Shown here piece by piece: positions 8,093 to 17,297 of a stretch of DNA of 32,000 nt; positions within the stretch are counted from its first letter, which is position 1; each line of letters starts with the position of its first letter. A program made the translations under genes and the position numbers. The notes beneath the pieces are model-generated. The model was not told where the DNA came from and did not search any database. It was given only the letters and a program-made list of their open reading frames with translations. This DNA is from Bacillus subtilis subsp. subtilis str. 168 (GTDB taxonomy: Bacteria > Bacillota > Bacilli > Bacillales > Bacillaceae), in contig NC_000964.3 in the NCBI RefSeq assembly GCF_000009045.1, forward strand, positions 2,490,001 to 2,522,000. Reading direction: 5' to 3'.

Positions 8093-9076
8093 TTAAAACT
8101 CCGCTAATTCTCTCATCGCCGCTTCCACTTTATCAGGGTTGACCATAAAGTATTTTTCCATTGTCGGCGCATAAGGCATAGCCGGAATATCAGGACCTGC
8201 AAGCCGTTTGATCGGCGCGTCTAAGTCGAACAGACAATGCTCGGATATAATTGCGGCTACTTCGCTCATGATGCTGCCTTCTTTTGTATCTTCTGTGACC
8301 AAAAGAACCTTTCCAGTTTTGGACGCAGCTTCGATGATGGCTTCTTTATCAAGCGGGTAAACTGTTCTTAAATCCACCACATGCGCTGAAATGCCATCTT
8401 TTTCGAGACGTTCTGCAGCTTGTAAGGCGAAGTGGACACACAGGCCGTATGTGATCACTGTGATGTCGTCGCCTTCCCTTTTTACGTCCGCCTTGCCGAT
8501 TGGCAGGACATAATCATCAGCCGGAACCTCGCCCTTTATCAGACGGTATGCCCGCTTGTGCTCAAAAAACAGCACGGGGTCTTCGTCACGAACTGCGGCT
8601 TTTAAGAGCCCTTTCGCGTCATATGGTGTTGATGGCATGACAATTTTCAGTCCGGGCTGGTTGGCGAAAATTGCTTCGACTGATTGAGAATGATACAGGG
8701 CTCCGTGCACGCCTCCGCCGTATGGCGCTCTGACGACAATCGGACAGCTCCAGTCATTGTTGCTGCGGTAGCGGATTTTAGCCGCTTCAGAAATAATTTG
8801 GTTGACTGCCGGCATAATGAAATCAGCAAACTGCATTTCAGCAATCGGTCTCATTCCGTACATTGCCGCTCCGATACCGACTCCTGCGATTGCAGATTCA
8901 GCAAGCGGCGTATCCATAACGCGCTCTTCCCCAAATTGTTCATAGAGTCCCGCTGTCGCTTTAAACACACCGCCTTTTCTTCCTACATCTTCCCCAAGGA
9001 CGAAAACGCGAGAATCTCGTTCCATTTCTTCTTTCATCGCCAAATTGATTGCATCAATATATGACATTACTGACAT
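8093..9076 (-). CDS. bkdAB: Branched-chain 2-oxoacid dehydrogenase E1 beta subunit
   Basis: 327 aa from ATG 9076 (MSVMSYIDAINLAMKEEM...), with GGGAGGAAG RBS upstream. The ORF-track start at 9166 overlaps the bkdAA 3' end and has no RBS. Confidence 0.93.
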   Translation of the reverse strand: MSVMSYIDAINLAMKEEMERDSRVFVLGEDVGRKGGVFKATAGLYEQFGEERVMDTPLAESAIAGVGIGAAMYGMRPIAEMQFADFIMPAVNQIISEAAKIRYRSNNDWSCPIVVRAPYGGGVHGALYHSQSVEAIFANQPGLKIVMPSTPYDAKGLLKAAVRDEDPVLFFEHKRAYRLIKGEVPADDYVLPIGKADVKREGDDITVITYGLCVHFALQAAERLEKDGISAHVVDLRTVYPLDKEAIIEAASKTGKVLLVTEDTKEGSIMSEVAAIISEHCLFDLDAPIKRLAGPDIPAMPYAPTMEKYFMVNPDKVEAAMRELAEF

Positions 9077-9089
9077 TTGTTCTTCCTCC

Positions 9090-10082
9090 CTACTTCGCAT
9101 AAACATAATCAAGCGCTGACTCAGGAGCTGCATATGGGGCGTTCTCCGCTTCATCCGTCGCTTCATTTACGATTGCCATAATTTCATCCAGCATGGTTTG
9201 TTCTATCTCATCGGACAGCAGGCCTGTTTCCTTTAAGTAAGCTTGATAAGTAAGCAGGGGATCACTTTTTTTCGCTTCCTCTACTTCTTCACGGCCTCTG
9301 TAGCTGCTGTCATCGTCATCACTGGAATGTGGTGTAAGGCGGTAAGAAATCGTTTCAATTAATGTCGGGCCTTCTCCTCTGCGTGCCCTTTCGCGTGCTT
9401 CTTTAACCGCTTGATAAACTTCCAGCGGATCATTTCCATTCACAGTTACGCCAGGCATCCCATAGCCTATGGCACGGTCGGAAATGTTCTCACATGCGAC
9501 TTGCTTATCGTAAGGCACTGAGATTGCGTATTTGTTGTTTTCACACATGAAAATAACCGGCAGCTTATGGACAGCGGCAAAGTTTGCCCCTTCATGGAAA
9601 TCGCCTTGGTTTGAAGACCCTTCCCCGAATGTAACAAAGGCTGCGATATCCTTTTTCTCCATACGTCCCGCAAGCGCAATACCGACTGCGTGCGGCACTT
9701 GCGTTGTAACCGGAGATGATCCCGTCACAATGCGGTTTTTCTTTTGTCCGAAATGTCCCGGCATCTGGCGGCCTCCTGAGTTCGGATCTGCTGCTTTTGC
9801 AAACCCGGACATCATTAAGTCCTTTGCTGTCATGCCAAACGCGAGCACGACACCCATGTCTCTGTAGTACGGCAATACATAATCCATTTCACGGTCAAGT
9901 GCGAAAGCCGCTCCTACCTGTGCTGCTTCCTGTCCTTGACAAGAGATTACAAATGGAATTTTGCCAGAACGGTTTAACAGCCACATTCTTTCATCGATTT
10001 TTCTTGCTAACAGCATGGTTCTATACATATCAACGGCTTCCTGATCAGTCAGCCCTAGTGCTTGATGTCGGTTTGTACTCAT
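9090..10082 (-). CDS. bkdAA: Branched-chain 2-oxoacid dehydrogenase E1 alpha subunit (TPP-dependent)
   Basis: 330 aa. TPP-binding region GEGSSNQGDFHEGANFAAV...CENNKYAIS. Confidence 0.95.
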   Translation of the reverse strand: MSTNRHQALGLTDQEAVDMYRTMLLARKIDERMWLLNRSGKIPFVISCQGQEAAQVGAAFALDREMDYVLPYYRDMGVVLAFGMTAKDLMMSGFAKAADPNSGGRQMPGHFGQKKNRIVTGSSPVTTQVPHAVGIALAGRMEKKDIAAFVTFGEGSSNQGDFHEGANFAAVHKLPVIFMCENNKYAISVPYDKQVACENISDRAIGYGMPGVTVNGNDPLEVYQAVKEARERARRGEGPTLIETISYRLTPHSSDDDDSSYRGREEVEEAKKSDPLLTYQAYLKETGLLSDEIEQTMLDEIMAIVNEATDEAENAPYAAPESALDYVYAK

Positions 10083-10103
10083 TCAAGCCCCTCCTTTATG
10101 CTT

Positions 10104-11528
10104 TTAAAAATGAATGGCTTTGCCATCTGCGGCAAGCGCAGCTTCTCCAATTGCTTCAGAAAGCGTTGGATGCGGGTGAATCGTTTGCCCGACCTCCCAC
10201 GGTGTTGCGTCCAGCACTTTGGCAAGACCCGCTTCAGAAATCATGTCGGTGACATGCGGGCCAATCATATGAACGCCGAGAATATCATCTGTATCTCGGT
10301 CAGCCACGATTTTGACAAAACCGTCGCTTTCACCGTATACAAGCGCTTTTCCAATCGCCATAAATGGGAACTTGCCGATTTTGACATTATGCCCGTTCGC
10401 CTTTGCTTCGTCTTCGGTTAAGCCGACACTGGCAGCTTCAGGGCTTGAGTAAATGCACTTCGGCACAAGCGTCGGATCAAGCGGATGCGGATTGAGACCT
10501 GCAAAATGCTCAACAGCAATAATTCCCTCATGTGAAGCAACGTGAGCTAACTGCAGGCCACCGATTACGTCTCCGATTGCATAAATATGAGATTCCTTCG
10601 TTTGGCAGCTTTCATTGACTGAAATCATGCCATTTTCAGTAACAATATCGGTGTTCTCTAGGCCGATGCCTTCGATATTTGCCTGTCTGCCGATGGAAAC
10701 AAGCATTTTCTCAGCAGAATAGGTAACGGTTTCTCCGTCTTTTTCCGCTTGTATGCTGATATCGTCTGATGTTTTTGTCATTGTGTCAGGCAGCACTTTT
10801 GCCCCTGTTATGAACTGGATGCCTTTTTTCTTAAGAAGACTTTCCATTTCTTTTGAAATCTCTAGATCTTCAGTCGGCAATATGCGATCCGCGTATTCAA
10901 TAACCGTTACCTTAACGCCAAAATCATGAAGCATAGACGCCCATTCGATACCGATAACCCCTCCGCCGACAATGATGATTGACTGTGGCAGCTCCTCCAT
11001 TTGGAGCGCCTCATCTGAAGTCAGTACAGACTTACCGTCCACTTCAAGACCCGGAAGCATTCTCGGTCTTGATCCTGTTGCAATGATCACTTGTTTCGGG
11101 ATCAGCATGTCATTTTCTTCGCCATTTCCCCGCTCAACAGAAATTGTTCCCGGCAGCGGAGAGAAGATTGACGGTCCAAGGATACGTCCATATCCGGTGT
11201 ACACGTCAATTTTTCCTTTTTTCATTAAATGATTTACACCCGCTGCAAGCTTATCAACAACGGCTTGCTTACGCTGCTGCACTTTTTCAAAGTTGAGGGA
11301 CACGCCAGCCGTTTCCACTCCGAATTGATCGGCTTCACGAGCTGTCCGGTATACCTCTGCGCTTCTAAGCAGCGCTTTACTCGGGATACAGCCTTTATGC
11401 AGACATGTTCCCCCGAGTTTTTCCTTTTCCACAACGGCTGTTTTTAAGCCGAGCTGAGCGGCTCTGATGGCCGCAACATAACCGCCGGTACCGCCGCCCA
11501 GAATGACTACGTCATACTCAGTTGCCAT
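10104..11528 (-). CDS. lpdV: Dihydrolipoamide dehydrogenase E3 of the branched-chain complex
   Basis: 474 aa. FAD fingerprint GGGTGGYVAA, redox disulfide CLHKGCIPSK, C-terminal HPHPTLSE. Confidence 0.95.
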   Translation of the reverse strand: MATEYDVVILGGGTGGYVAAIRAAQLGLKTAVVEKEKLGGTCLHKGCIPSKALLRSAEVYRTAREADQFGVETAGVSLNFEKVQQRKQAVVDKLAAGVNHLMKKGKIDVYTGYGRILGPSIFSPLPGTISVERGNGEENDMLIPKQVIIATGSRPRMLPGLEVDGKSVLTSDEALQMEELPQSIIIVGGGVIGIEWASMLHDFGVKVTVIEYADRILPTEDLEISKEMESLLKKKGIQFITGAKVLPDTMTKTSDDISIQAEKDGETVTYSAEKMLVSIGRQANIEGIGLENTDIVTENGMISVNESCQTKESHIYAIGDVIGGLQLAHVASHEGIIAVEHFAGLNPHPLDPTLVPKCIYSSPEAASVGLTEDEAKANGHNVKIGKFPFMAIGKALVYGESDGFVKIVADRDTDDILGVHMIGPHVTDMISEAGLAKVLDATPWEVGQTIHPHPTLSEAIGEAALAADGKAIHF

Positions 11529-11548
11529 GGTGACTCACTCCTGTCTGT

Positions 11549-12640
11549 CTATTCAATACGATATTGTTTGGATTGCTCTTCGCCCTGCAATACTCTTAGC
11601 GCCCCTTGGGCAAGAGACTGCAGTTCATTTTCACCCGGATAAACTAAAACGTCTGAAATCCAATCTATGTATGATCTGATAGCAGAAACAAAGCTTTTTC
11701 CGTACGCAAGGCCTCCCGTCAGCACAATCGCTTCAACTTCGCCTTTTAACGCCGCGCTGGCTGCCCCGATTTCCTTTGCTACCTGATATGCCATGGCATC
11801 ATAAATGAAGCGGGCTTTTTCATCGCCCCCTTGAATCATCTGTTCCACTTTTACTGCATCATTTGTACCGAGATAGCCTAAAAGTCCGCCGGTGCCAACA
11901 AGCTTTTTCATGATTTCTTCTTTTGTATATTCCCCTGAAAAACATAGATCAACAAGATCTCCCGCAGGCACTGTTCCTGCTCGTTCAGGACTGAATGGTC
12001 CCTCGCCGTGCAGGCCGTTATTGACATCCACCACTCGCCCGCGGTCATGGACGCCAATTGTAATACCTCCGCCCATATGGGTAATAATCATTTTCATGTT
12101 CTCATATCGTTTGCCAAGGGAGGCTGCCGCTTTACGAGCGACAGCTTTTTGGTTTAACGCATGGAAAATGCTTTTCCTTTCAATTTCAGGCATGCCTGAA
12201 ACTTTCGCAAGCACTGACATTTCGTCTACGACAACAGGGTCGACGATATACGAAGGGATATTCAGGCCGTCAGCGATTTCCCGCGCGATAATGCCGCCGA
12301 GATTAGAAGCATGCTGACCGGCGTAGCCGCTTTTCAAATCCTCAATCATCTCATCATTCACTACGTAGGTCCCGCCTTCAATTGGCCGGAGAAGGCCGCC
12401 TCTTGCGCAGACTGCATCAAACTTTGAAATATTGATTCCCTGTTCATGAAGCGTTTCGAGAATATGGTTTTTACGAAATTCATACTGATCAATAATTCGG
12501 TCAAATCGCTGCAGCTCTTCTATGTTGTGTCTCAATGTTTTTTCAAAAATGCTTCTTTCGTTATGAAAAACACCGATTTTCGTTGAAGTTGAGCCTGGAT
12601 TAATTGTGAGAATGCGTTTTTCGTCATGTAGCACTTTCAT
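11549..12640 (-). CDS. buk: Butyrate (branched short-chain acyl) kinase
   Basis: 363 aa, acetate/butyrate kinase (ASKHA) family ([19 protein letters not shown]). Confidence 0.93.
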
Positions 12641-12658
12641 AACCTCCAGATCAATTTC

Positions 12659-13753
12659 TTAACGTCTGCTTAATACACTGTGGCCGTTTTGCAAAAACTG
12701 GCTTCTTGAGCGGCGCATGCGTTCAATCCGTTCCTCTGCTAAGCGGTCAGCCGCTAAATATGCAGGAATGCCGTCACGCTGAGAAATCTCAAGTACACGC
12801 TCGATATTGCCGTAAATGCCTTCAACTTTTTTCAATGCACGTTCTGCATTATAGCCGTAAAGCTCATCTGCCACGTTGATGACACCGCCCGCGTTAATCA
12901 CGTAATCCGGTGCATAAACGATGCCCATTTCGTGAATTTGATCACCATGGCGTGTCTCTTTTAATTGGTTGTTAGCCGCACCTGCGATCACTTTCGCCTT
13001 CAGCTGTTTAATGGTGTCGTCGTTAATAGTCGCACCAAGGGCACACGGCGCATAAATATCGCAGTCTTGTGAATAAATGTCATCAGGATCTACCGCACGG
13101 GCGCCAAAATCTTCAACTGCACGCTGTACAGATTGTTTGTTGATATCCGTAACGATTAAGTTTGCTCCTTCTTCATGCAGGTGGCGGCAAAGGTTATAGG
13201 CTACGTTCCCAACACCCTGTACAGCAATGGTTTTTCCTTCAAGAGAGTCGGTTCCGAAAGCAGCTTTAGCTGCTGCCTTCATTCCTCTGTACACCCCGTA
13301 CGCTGTGACTGGGGACGGATTTCCAGAAGAGCCGAAAGCAGGAGAAATCCCTGTGACATAGTCTGTCTCATCATGAATGATATCCATATCCTCGACCGTT
13401 GTGCCCACATCTTCAGCCGTGATGTATCTGCCATTCAGTCCTTGAATATAGCGGCCAAACGCGCGGAACATTTCCTCATTTTTGTCTTTGCGCGGATCGC
13501 CGATAATGACTGTTTTTCCGCCGCCAAGGTTTAAGCCTGCCGCCGCGTTCTTATAGGTCATGCCTCTTGCCAATCTGAGCGCATCTTCAATTGCCGCTTC
13601 TTCATTTTCATATGTCCACATTCTCGTTCCGCCAAGCGCCGGACCAAGCGTTGTATCATGAATGGCGATAATCGCTTTTAATCCAGATTGTTCATCCTGG
13701 CAGAATACCAATTGTTCGTAATCGTATTTCTCCATATATTTAAAAAGTTCCAT
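12659..13753 (-). CDS. bcd: Leucine (branched-chain amino acid) dehydrogenase
   Basis: 364 aa. Glu/Leu/Phe/Val dehydrogenase family (NLGGGKTVI catalytic Lys region, GVGNVA NAD fingerprint). Confidence 0.93.
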   Translation of the reverse strand: MELFKYMEKYDYEQLVFCQDEQSGLKAIIAIHDTTLGPALGGTRMWTYENEEAAIEDALRLARGMTYKNAAAGLNLGGGKTVIIGDPRKDKNEEMFRAFGRYIQGLNGRYITAEDVGTTVEDMDIIHDETDYVTGISPAFGSSGNPSPVTAYGVYRGMKAAAKAAFGTDSLEGKTIAVQGVGNVAYNLCRHLHEEGANLIVTDINKQSVQRAVEDFGARAVDPDDIYSQDCDIYAPCALGATINDDTIKQLKAKVIAGAANNQLKETRHGDQIHEMGIVYAPDYVINAGGVINVADELYGYNAERALKKVEGIYGNIERVLEISQRDGIPAYLAADRLAEERIERMRRSRSQFLQNGHSVLSRR

Positions 13754-13764
13754 GTTCGTTCCTC

Positions 13765-14664
13765 CTAATGTGTGTATTCTTCAGATGCGCATATTGCCAG
13801 CGCAATGGAATACAGTTTATTTTCAGCAGAGTCCGCTCTGCTTGTTAAAGCAATCGGTGCTTTTGCTCCTGTAATGACAGCCGCCACGCTGGCCTTGGCA
13901 AAATAAATCAGTGATTTATATAAAATATTGCCGGCCTCAATTGTTGGGACGAGAAGGATATCTGCGTTGCCCGCTACGTCTCCCGAAATTTTTTTCTGGG
14001 CCGCGGCAATTTGTGAAACTGCGTTATCCAAAGCAAGCGGTCCATCAACAATGCAGCCTTTGATCTGGCCCCTTTTGTACATTTGAGCTAGAGCAGCTGC
14101 ATTCACGGTCGCTTCCATTTTAGGGTTCACCGTTTCGACCGCTGCAAGGGCAGCTGCTTTTGGCATATTGTTCCCCACTGCATGGGCCACATGAACGGCA
14201 TTTTGCAAAATCTGCCGGAGCTCTTCCAGCGAAGGAGCAATATTCATTGCCGAATCTGTCACAAACATCAGCCGGTCAAAATCCGGTATATCGAAGACAG
14301 CCACGTGAGAAAGGACACTTGCTGACCGAAGCCCCTCCTGTCTGTTCAATACCGCTTTAAGCAAAACAGAAGTCGGCACATTGCCTTTCATTAAAACGTC
14401 CGCTGTTTTATGATGCACAGCACGAACCGCTAATTTCGCCGATTCCTCAGGAGTATTGGCATGGACGATTTCCACTTGATGCCCTTGCATGGATGATGTC
14501 AGCTCGTTCAGTTTTTTGCTGTCGCCCGTTAACAAGAAACGGGCGGATAGGTGCTCGGCTGCCAGCTTTACAGCCCGGATCACTTCCTCATCCTCAGCAT
14601 GAGCAACCGCAATGGTCTTATTTTTGTGTATCGACGCTTTGCCGATTAAATCTTTCAGCTTCAT
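13765..14664 (-). CDS. ptb: Phosphate butyryltransferase
   Basis: 299 aa, phosphate acetyl/butyryl transferase family. AAAGGTGG RBS. First gene downstream of the sigma-54 promoter. Confidence 0.93.
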   Translation of the reverse strand: MKLKDLIGKASIHKNKTIAVAHAEDEEVIRAVKLAAEHLSARFLLTGDSKKLNELTSSMQGHQVEIVHANTPEESAKLAVRAVHHKTADVLMKGNVPTSVLLKAVLNRQEGLRSASVLSHVAVFDIPDFDRLMFVTDSAMNIAPSLEELRQILQNAVHVAHAVGNNMPKAAALAAVETVNPKMEATVNAAALAQMYKRGQIKGCIVDGPLALDNAVSQIAAAQKKISGDVAGNADILLVPTIEAGNILYKSLIYFAKASVAAVITGAKAPIALTSRADSAENKLYSIALAICASEEYTH

Positions 14665-14702
14665 CTGTTACCACCTTTCTTGTTTCGACTCCGCCTTTTA
14701 TT

Positions 14703-14719
14703 ATGCAAGTTCCATGCCA
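14703..14719 (-). promoter_or_regulatory. Sigma-54 (SigL) -24/-12 promoter of the bkd operon
   Basis: Minus strand TGGCATGGAACTTGCAT, that is TGGCAT-N5-TTGCA, against the consensus TGGCAC-N5-TTGCA. About 40 nt upstream of the ptb ATG and adjacent to a sigma-54 activator gene. Confidence 0.9.
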
Positions 14720-14751
14720 GCTCTTAAGGGTGCTGTCATACCAGGTATACC

Positions 14752-14810
14752 GAAACATTCGTGCAGATGTTTGCGTTTATTCTGCAAATTATTGCATGCC
14801 TTCATTTGCA
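14752..14810 (-). promoter_or_regulatory. Two inverted repeats upstream of the sigma-54 promoter (candidate BkdR upstream activating sequences)
   Basis: IR1 is GAAACAT (14752..14758) / ATGTTTG (14767..14773). IR2 is TGCAAAT (14783..14789) / ATTTGCA (14804..14810). They sit 35 to 105 bp upstream of the -24 element. IR2 straddles the bkdR stop codon (14789..14791). Confidence 0.5.
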
Positions 14811-16867
14811 AGGCCATATTTATCCATTTTGTAATATAAATTCCGAATGCTGACACCGAGAGCTTTTGCTGTTTTTGTCCGGTTAAAATGATGCTTTTCA
14901 AGCGTTTGCTGGATCAAATGCGCTTCAAATTTTTCTACTGCGACAGACAGCTTTTCGCCTTCAATATCCGGAAAATCAAAACCTGTTCCCTGATCTGTGT
15001 CATTTTCTTTTTGCTCAAGTTCGAATACAGGCAAGTGATCTTTTTCAATCCATTCCATATGCGGATTCAGAAAAATCATGGCTCGTCCAAGGACATTTTC
15101 AAGCTCCCGGACATTCCCAGGCCAATGGTAGGCAGATAAGGCGCGCAAGGCTTGCTGTGAGAGCCCTTTTACATTCCTGCCGTAATCCCGGTTGATCTTT
15201 TGGATAAGTCTGACGCTCAATGCTTCAATGTCCTCCAACCGCTGCCGCAAAGGCGGGATGGAGATCGGATAGCGATTGATCCGGTAATACAGGTCTTCCC
15301 GGAATGTTCCGTCCGCCATCGCCTTTTCAATATTTACATTTGTCGCCGCGATCACTCTGACGTTGACAGGGATCGCTTTCGTGCCGCCCACTCTGACGAT
15401 TTCCTTTTCTTGAAGGACGCGTAGCAATTTGGCCTGCATATTTTGTGTCAGCTCACCGATTTCATCTAAGAAAATACTGCCGTTATTTGCTTCCTCAAAT
15501 AAACCCTTTTTACCGCCGCGCTTCGCTCCTGAAAACGCACCATCCTCATAGCCGAACAATTCTGATTCGAGCAGGTTTTCAGAAAGGGCTGCACAATTCA
15601 CGCGAATAAATTTATTGTATTTCCGGTCACTTTCGTTATGGATGGCATGGGCGAACAGTTCTTTTCCTGTTCCTGATTCCCCGCGCAGCAAGATGGTTGC
15701 CGGTGTTTTCGCACCGAGCTTCGCCTGCTCAAGCGCAACCAGCATTTGCTCGCTTTTGCCGATAATGTCGTCAAACGTGTATTTCGCTTCAAGCGTGCGA
15801 ATAATTTGTCTGGCGCGATTAAGCTCCGCTGTCAGCATTTTAATTTCGGAAACATCGTGAATCACGCCGACGCTGCCTTTCAAAATCCCGTCCACAATCA
15901 CCGGTGCTACATTAACGATCACTTCTTTTTCATTCGGGCCGACCTTCATTCTGACACCGCGGACAGGACGTCTTGTTTCAAGCACCTTTAAATGCATGCT
16001 TTCGCCTTCGGAAATATCAGTGTTTGCAGGCTTGCCGATGACTTCTTTTTCAGAAAGCCCCGTCATTTTCGTATACGCTTTATTGATTAGCAGGCCGATG
16101 CCGTTTTCATCAACGACAGAAATCGCCTCATCGGAGGATTGAATAATTGCCTCCAGCATCGTACGGACCTGCTTTAAGTTGGTCACTTCCTCTGCCAGCT
16201 CGACCGCATCAGTGATATCTTTAAACACACAAAGAGCCCCGAGCAGACGTCCGCCTTCATCAATAATCGGCAGTCTTGTGGTCACAATTTGCAAATGATC
16301 GCCTAACAGCTGCTTCTGGTTGTATTCAGGCACTCTTGTTTTTAAAATCCGCGGCATCTTAGTGCTCGGAATCACTTCTTTTATTGGGCGCCCAATGACT
16401 TCCTCACGTTTTTTTCCGACCATTTTTTCGGCCATATGGTTAAAGAGAATGATTTCTTCATTGATATCAATAAAAATCATTCCATCATGGGTGGAATTAA
16501 AAATTCTGTCATATTTATAGGTTTGCTCTTTTAGCATTTGAATCAGGTGCTGCTTTTCTTCCATCAGCTGAAAAACGATGTATGCCATTTTTCCCGGCAT
16601 GACAATGGTATCTTCATGCTTTCTTTGAAGGAGCTCGTCAAACACGGCTTGATCGCCGGTAGTATGAATGACGATATCCGGTTTTTGTTGTATGTAAGGT
16701 TTCCAATCAGATGATACGGCAATCCCATACTGTTCTGCTTCTTTCAATCCCGGCGCCTCGGGGTCTTTGTCAACTACGGCAATGATATCTATGATGGCTG
16801 TTTTAATCAGAATATGTAATAACGCCGTTCCCCTTTTGCCGGCACCTACTATCAGTACCTTTTGCAT
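14789..16867 (-). CDS. bkdR: Sigma-54-dependent transcriptional activator of the bkd operon (N-terminal Rossmann-like module, PAS domains, AAA+ domain, C-terminal HTH)
   Basis: 692 aa. Walker [15 protein letters not shown]-type loop GAFSGA, Walker B FLDEIGE, C-terminal Fis-type [21 protein letters not shown]. Confidence 0.95.
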
Positions 16868-16935
16868 CCCGATACCCCTTTGTATGAAAAAATTTGCACA
16901 CCTATTTATTCCGTTGCAATAATTTGCACAACCCT

Positions 16936-16963
16936 ATGTTACCACGTTTTCTTCTCTTGACAA
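16936..16963 (-). promoter_or_regulatory. Candidate sigma-A promoter of bkdR
   Basis: Minus strand TTGTCA (16963..16958), a 16-nt spacer and TAACAT (16941..16936), preceded by TG (extended -10). Confidence 0.45.
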
Positions 16964-16985
16964 AATATTTTTTCCGCTGGACAAT
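16957..16985 (+). promoter_or_regulatory. Candidate sigma-A promoter of yqzF
   Basis: TTGACA (16957..16962), a 17-nt spacer and GACAAT (16980..16985). Its -35 overlaps the bkdR -35 on the opposite strand. Confidence 0.4.
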
Positions 16986-17019
16986 AAAGGAAATGAAAAG
17001 ATAAAGGGGTTTTCTGAAG

Positions 17020-17256
17020 ATGAGCCGACTTCTTGCGCTTTTAATATTAGTCATCCCCGGGGCTATTTCTGCTTTAGGCATTAAACTGATGAGAGATACA
17101 CTTTTCGGCCATACAATCAAGCCATTTTCAGCTCTTTGGCTCCAAGGGTTGTCAGGATTCATCTTTTTTGCGATCGGCCTCTATGTGCTGGCCGGGTTCA
17201 TTTTATACAGAGACAGAAAACGCAATCAAGTCAGCCCGCGATTCAGAAAACGATAG
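17020..17256 (+). CDS. yqzF: Small two-TM membrane protein (DUF2627-like)
   Basis: 78 aa, two hydrophobic helices and a basic C-terminus. AAAGGGG RBS. Followed directly by a bidirectional terminator. Confidence 0.8.
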   Translation: MSRLLALLILVIPGAISALGIKLMRDTLFGHTIKPFSALWLQGLSGFIFFAIGLYVLAGFILYRDRKRNQVSPRFRKR

Positions 17257-17258
17257 CT

Positions 17259-17292
17259 GAAAAAAAGCCGGAGAATGCTCCGGCTTTTTTTG
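17259..17292. terminator. Bidirectional terminator shared by convergent yqzF and mmgF
   Basis: AAAAAAA-AGCCGGAG-aatg-CTCCGGCT-TTTTTTT. 8-bp stem flanked by an A-run and a T-run. Confidence 0.85.
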
Positions 17293-17297
17293 TTGCA

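Noticed and set aside
9716-10252. 178-aa plus-strand ORF spanning the bkdAA/lpdV junction. Similar long antisense ORFs occur at 22417..22878, 20412..20837, 11892..12317, 8684..9064, 3055..3483 and 14493..14834.
   Set aside because: These lie entirely opposite strongly supported genes. Their composition is low-complexity and Ser/Pro/Arg/Cys-rich, typical of antisense frames. None has an RBS.
14684-14690. TTCGACT (0A-box-like, 6 of 7) in the ptb leader downstream of the sigma-54 promoter
   Set aside because: A single imperfect heptamer is expected many times by chance in 32 kb. There is no second box and no supporting context.
16902-17162. 86-aa minus-strand ORF overlapping yqzF and the bkdR/yqzF promoter region
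   Set aside because: It is antisense to the better-supported yqzF, which has an RBS, two clean TM helices and a terminator. It has no RBS and would begin inside yqzF.
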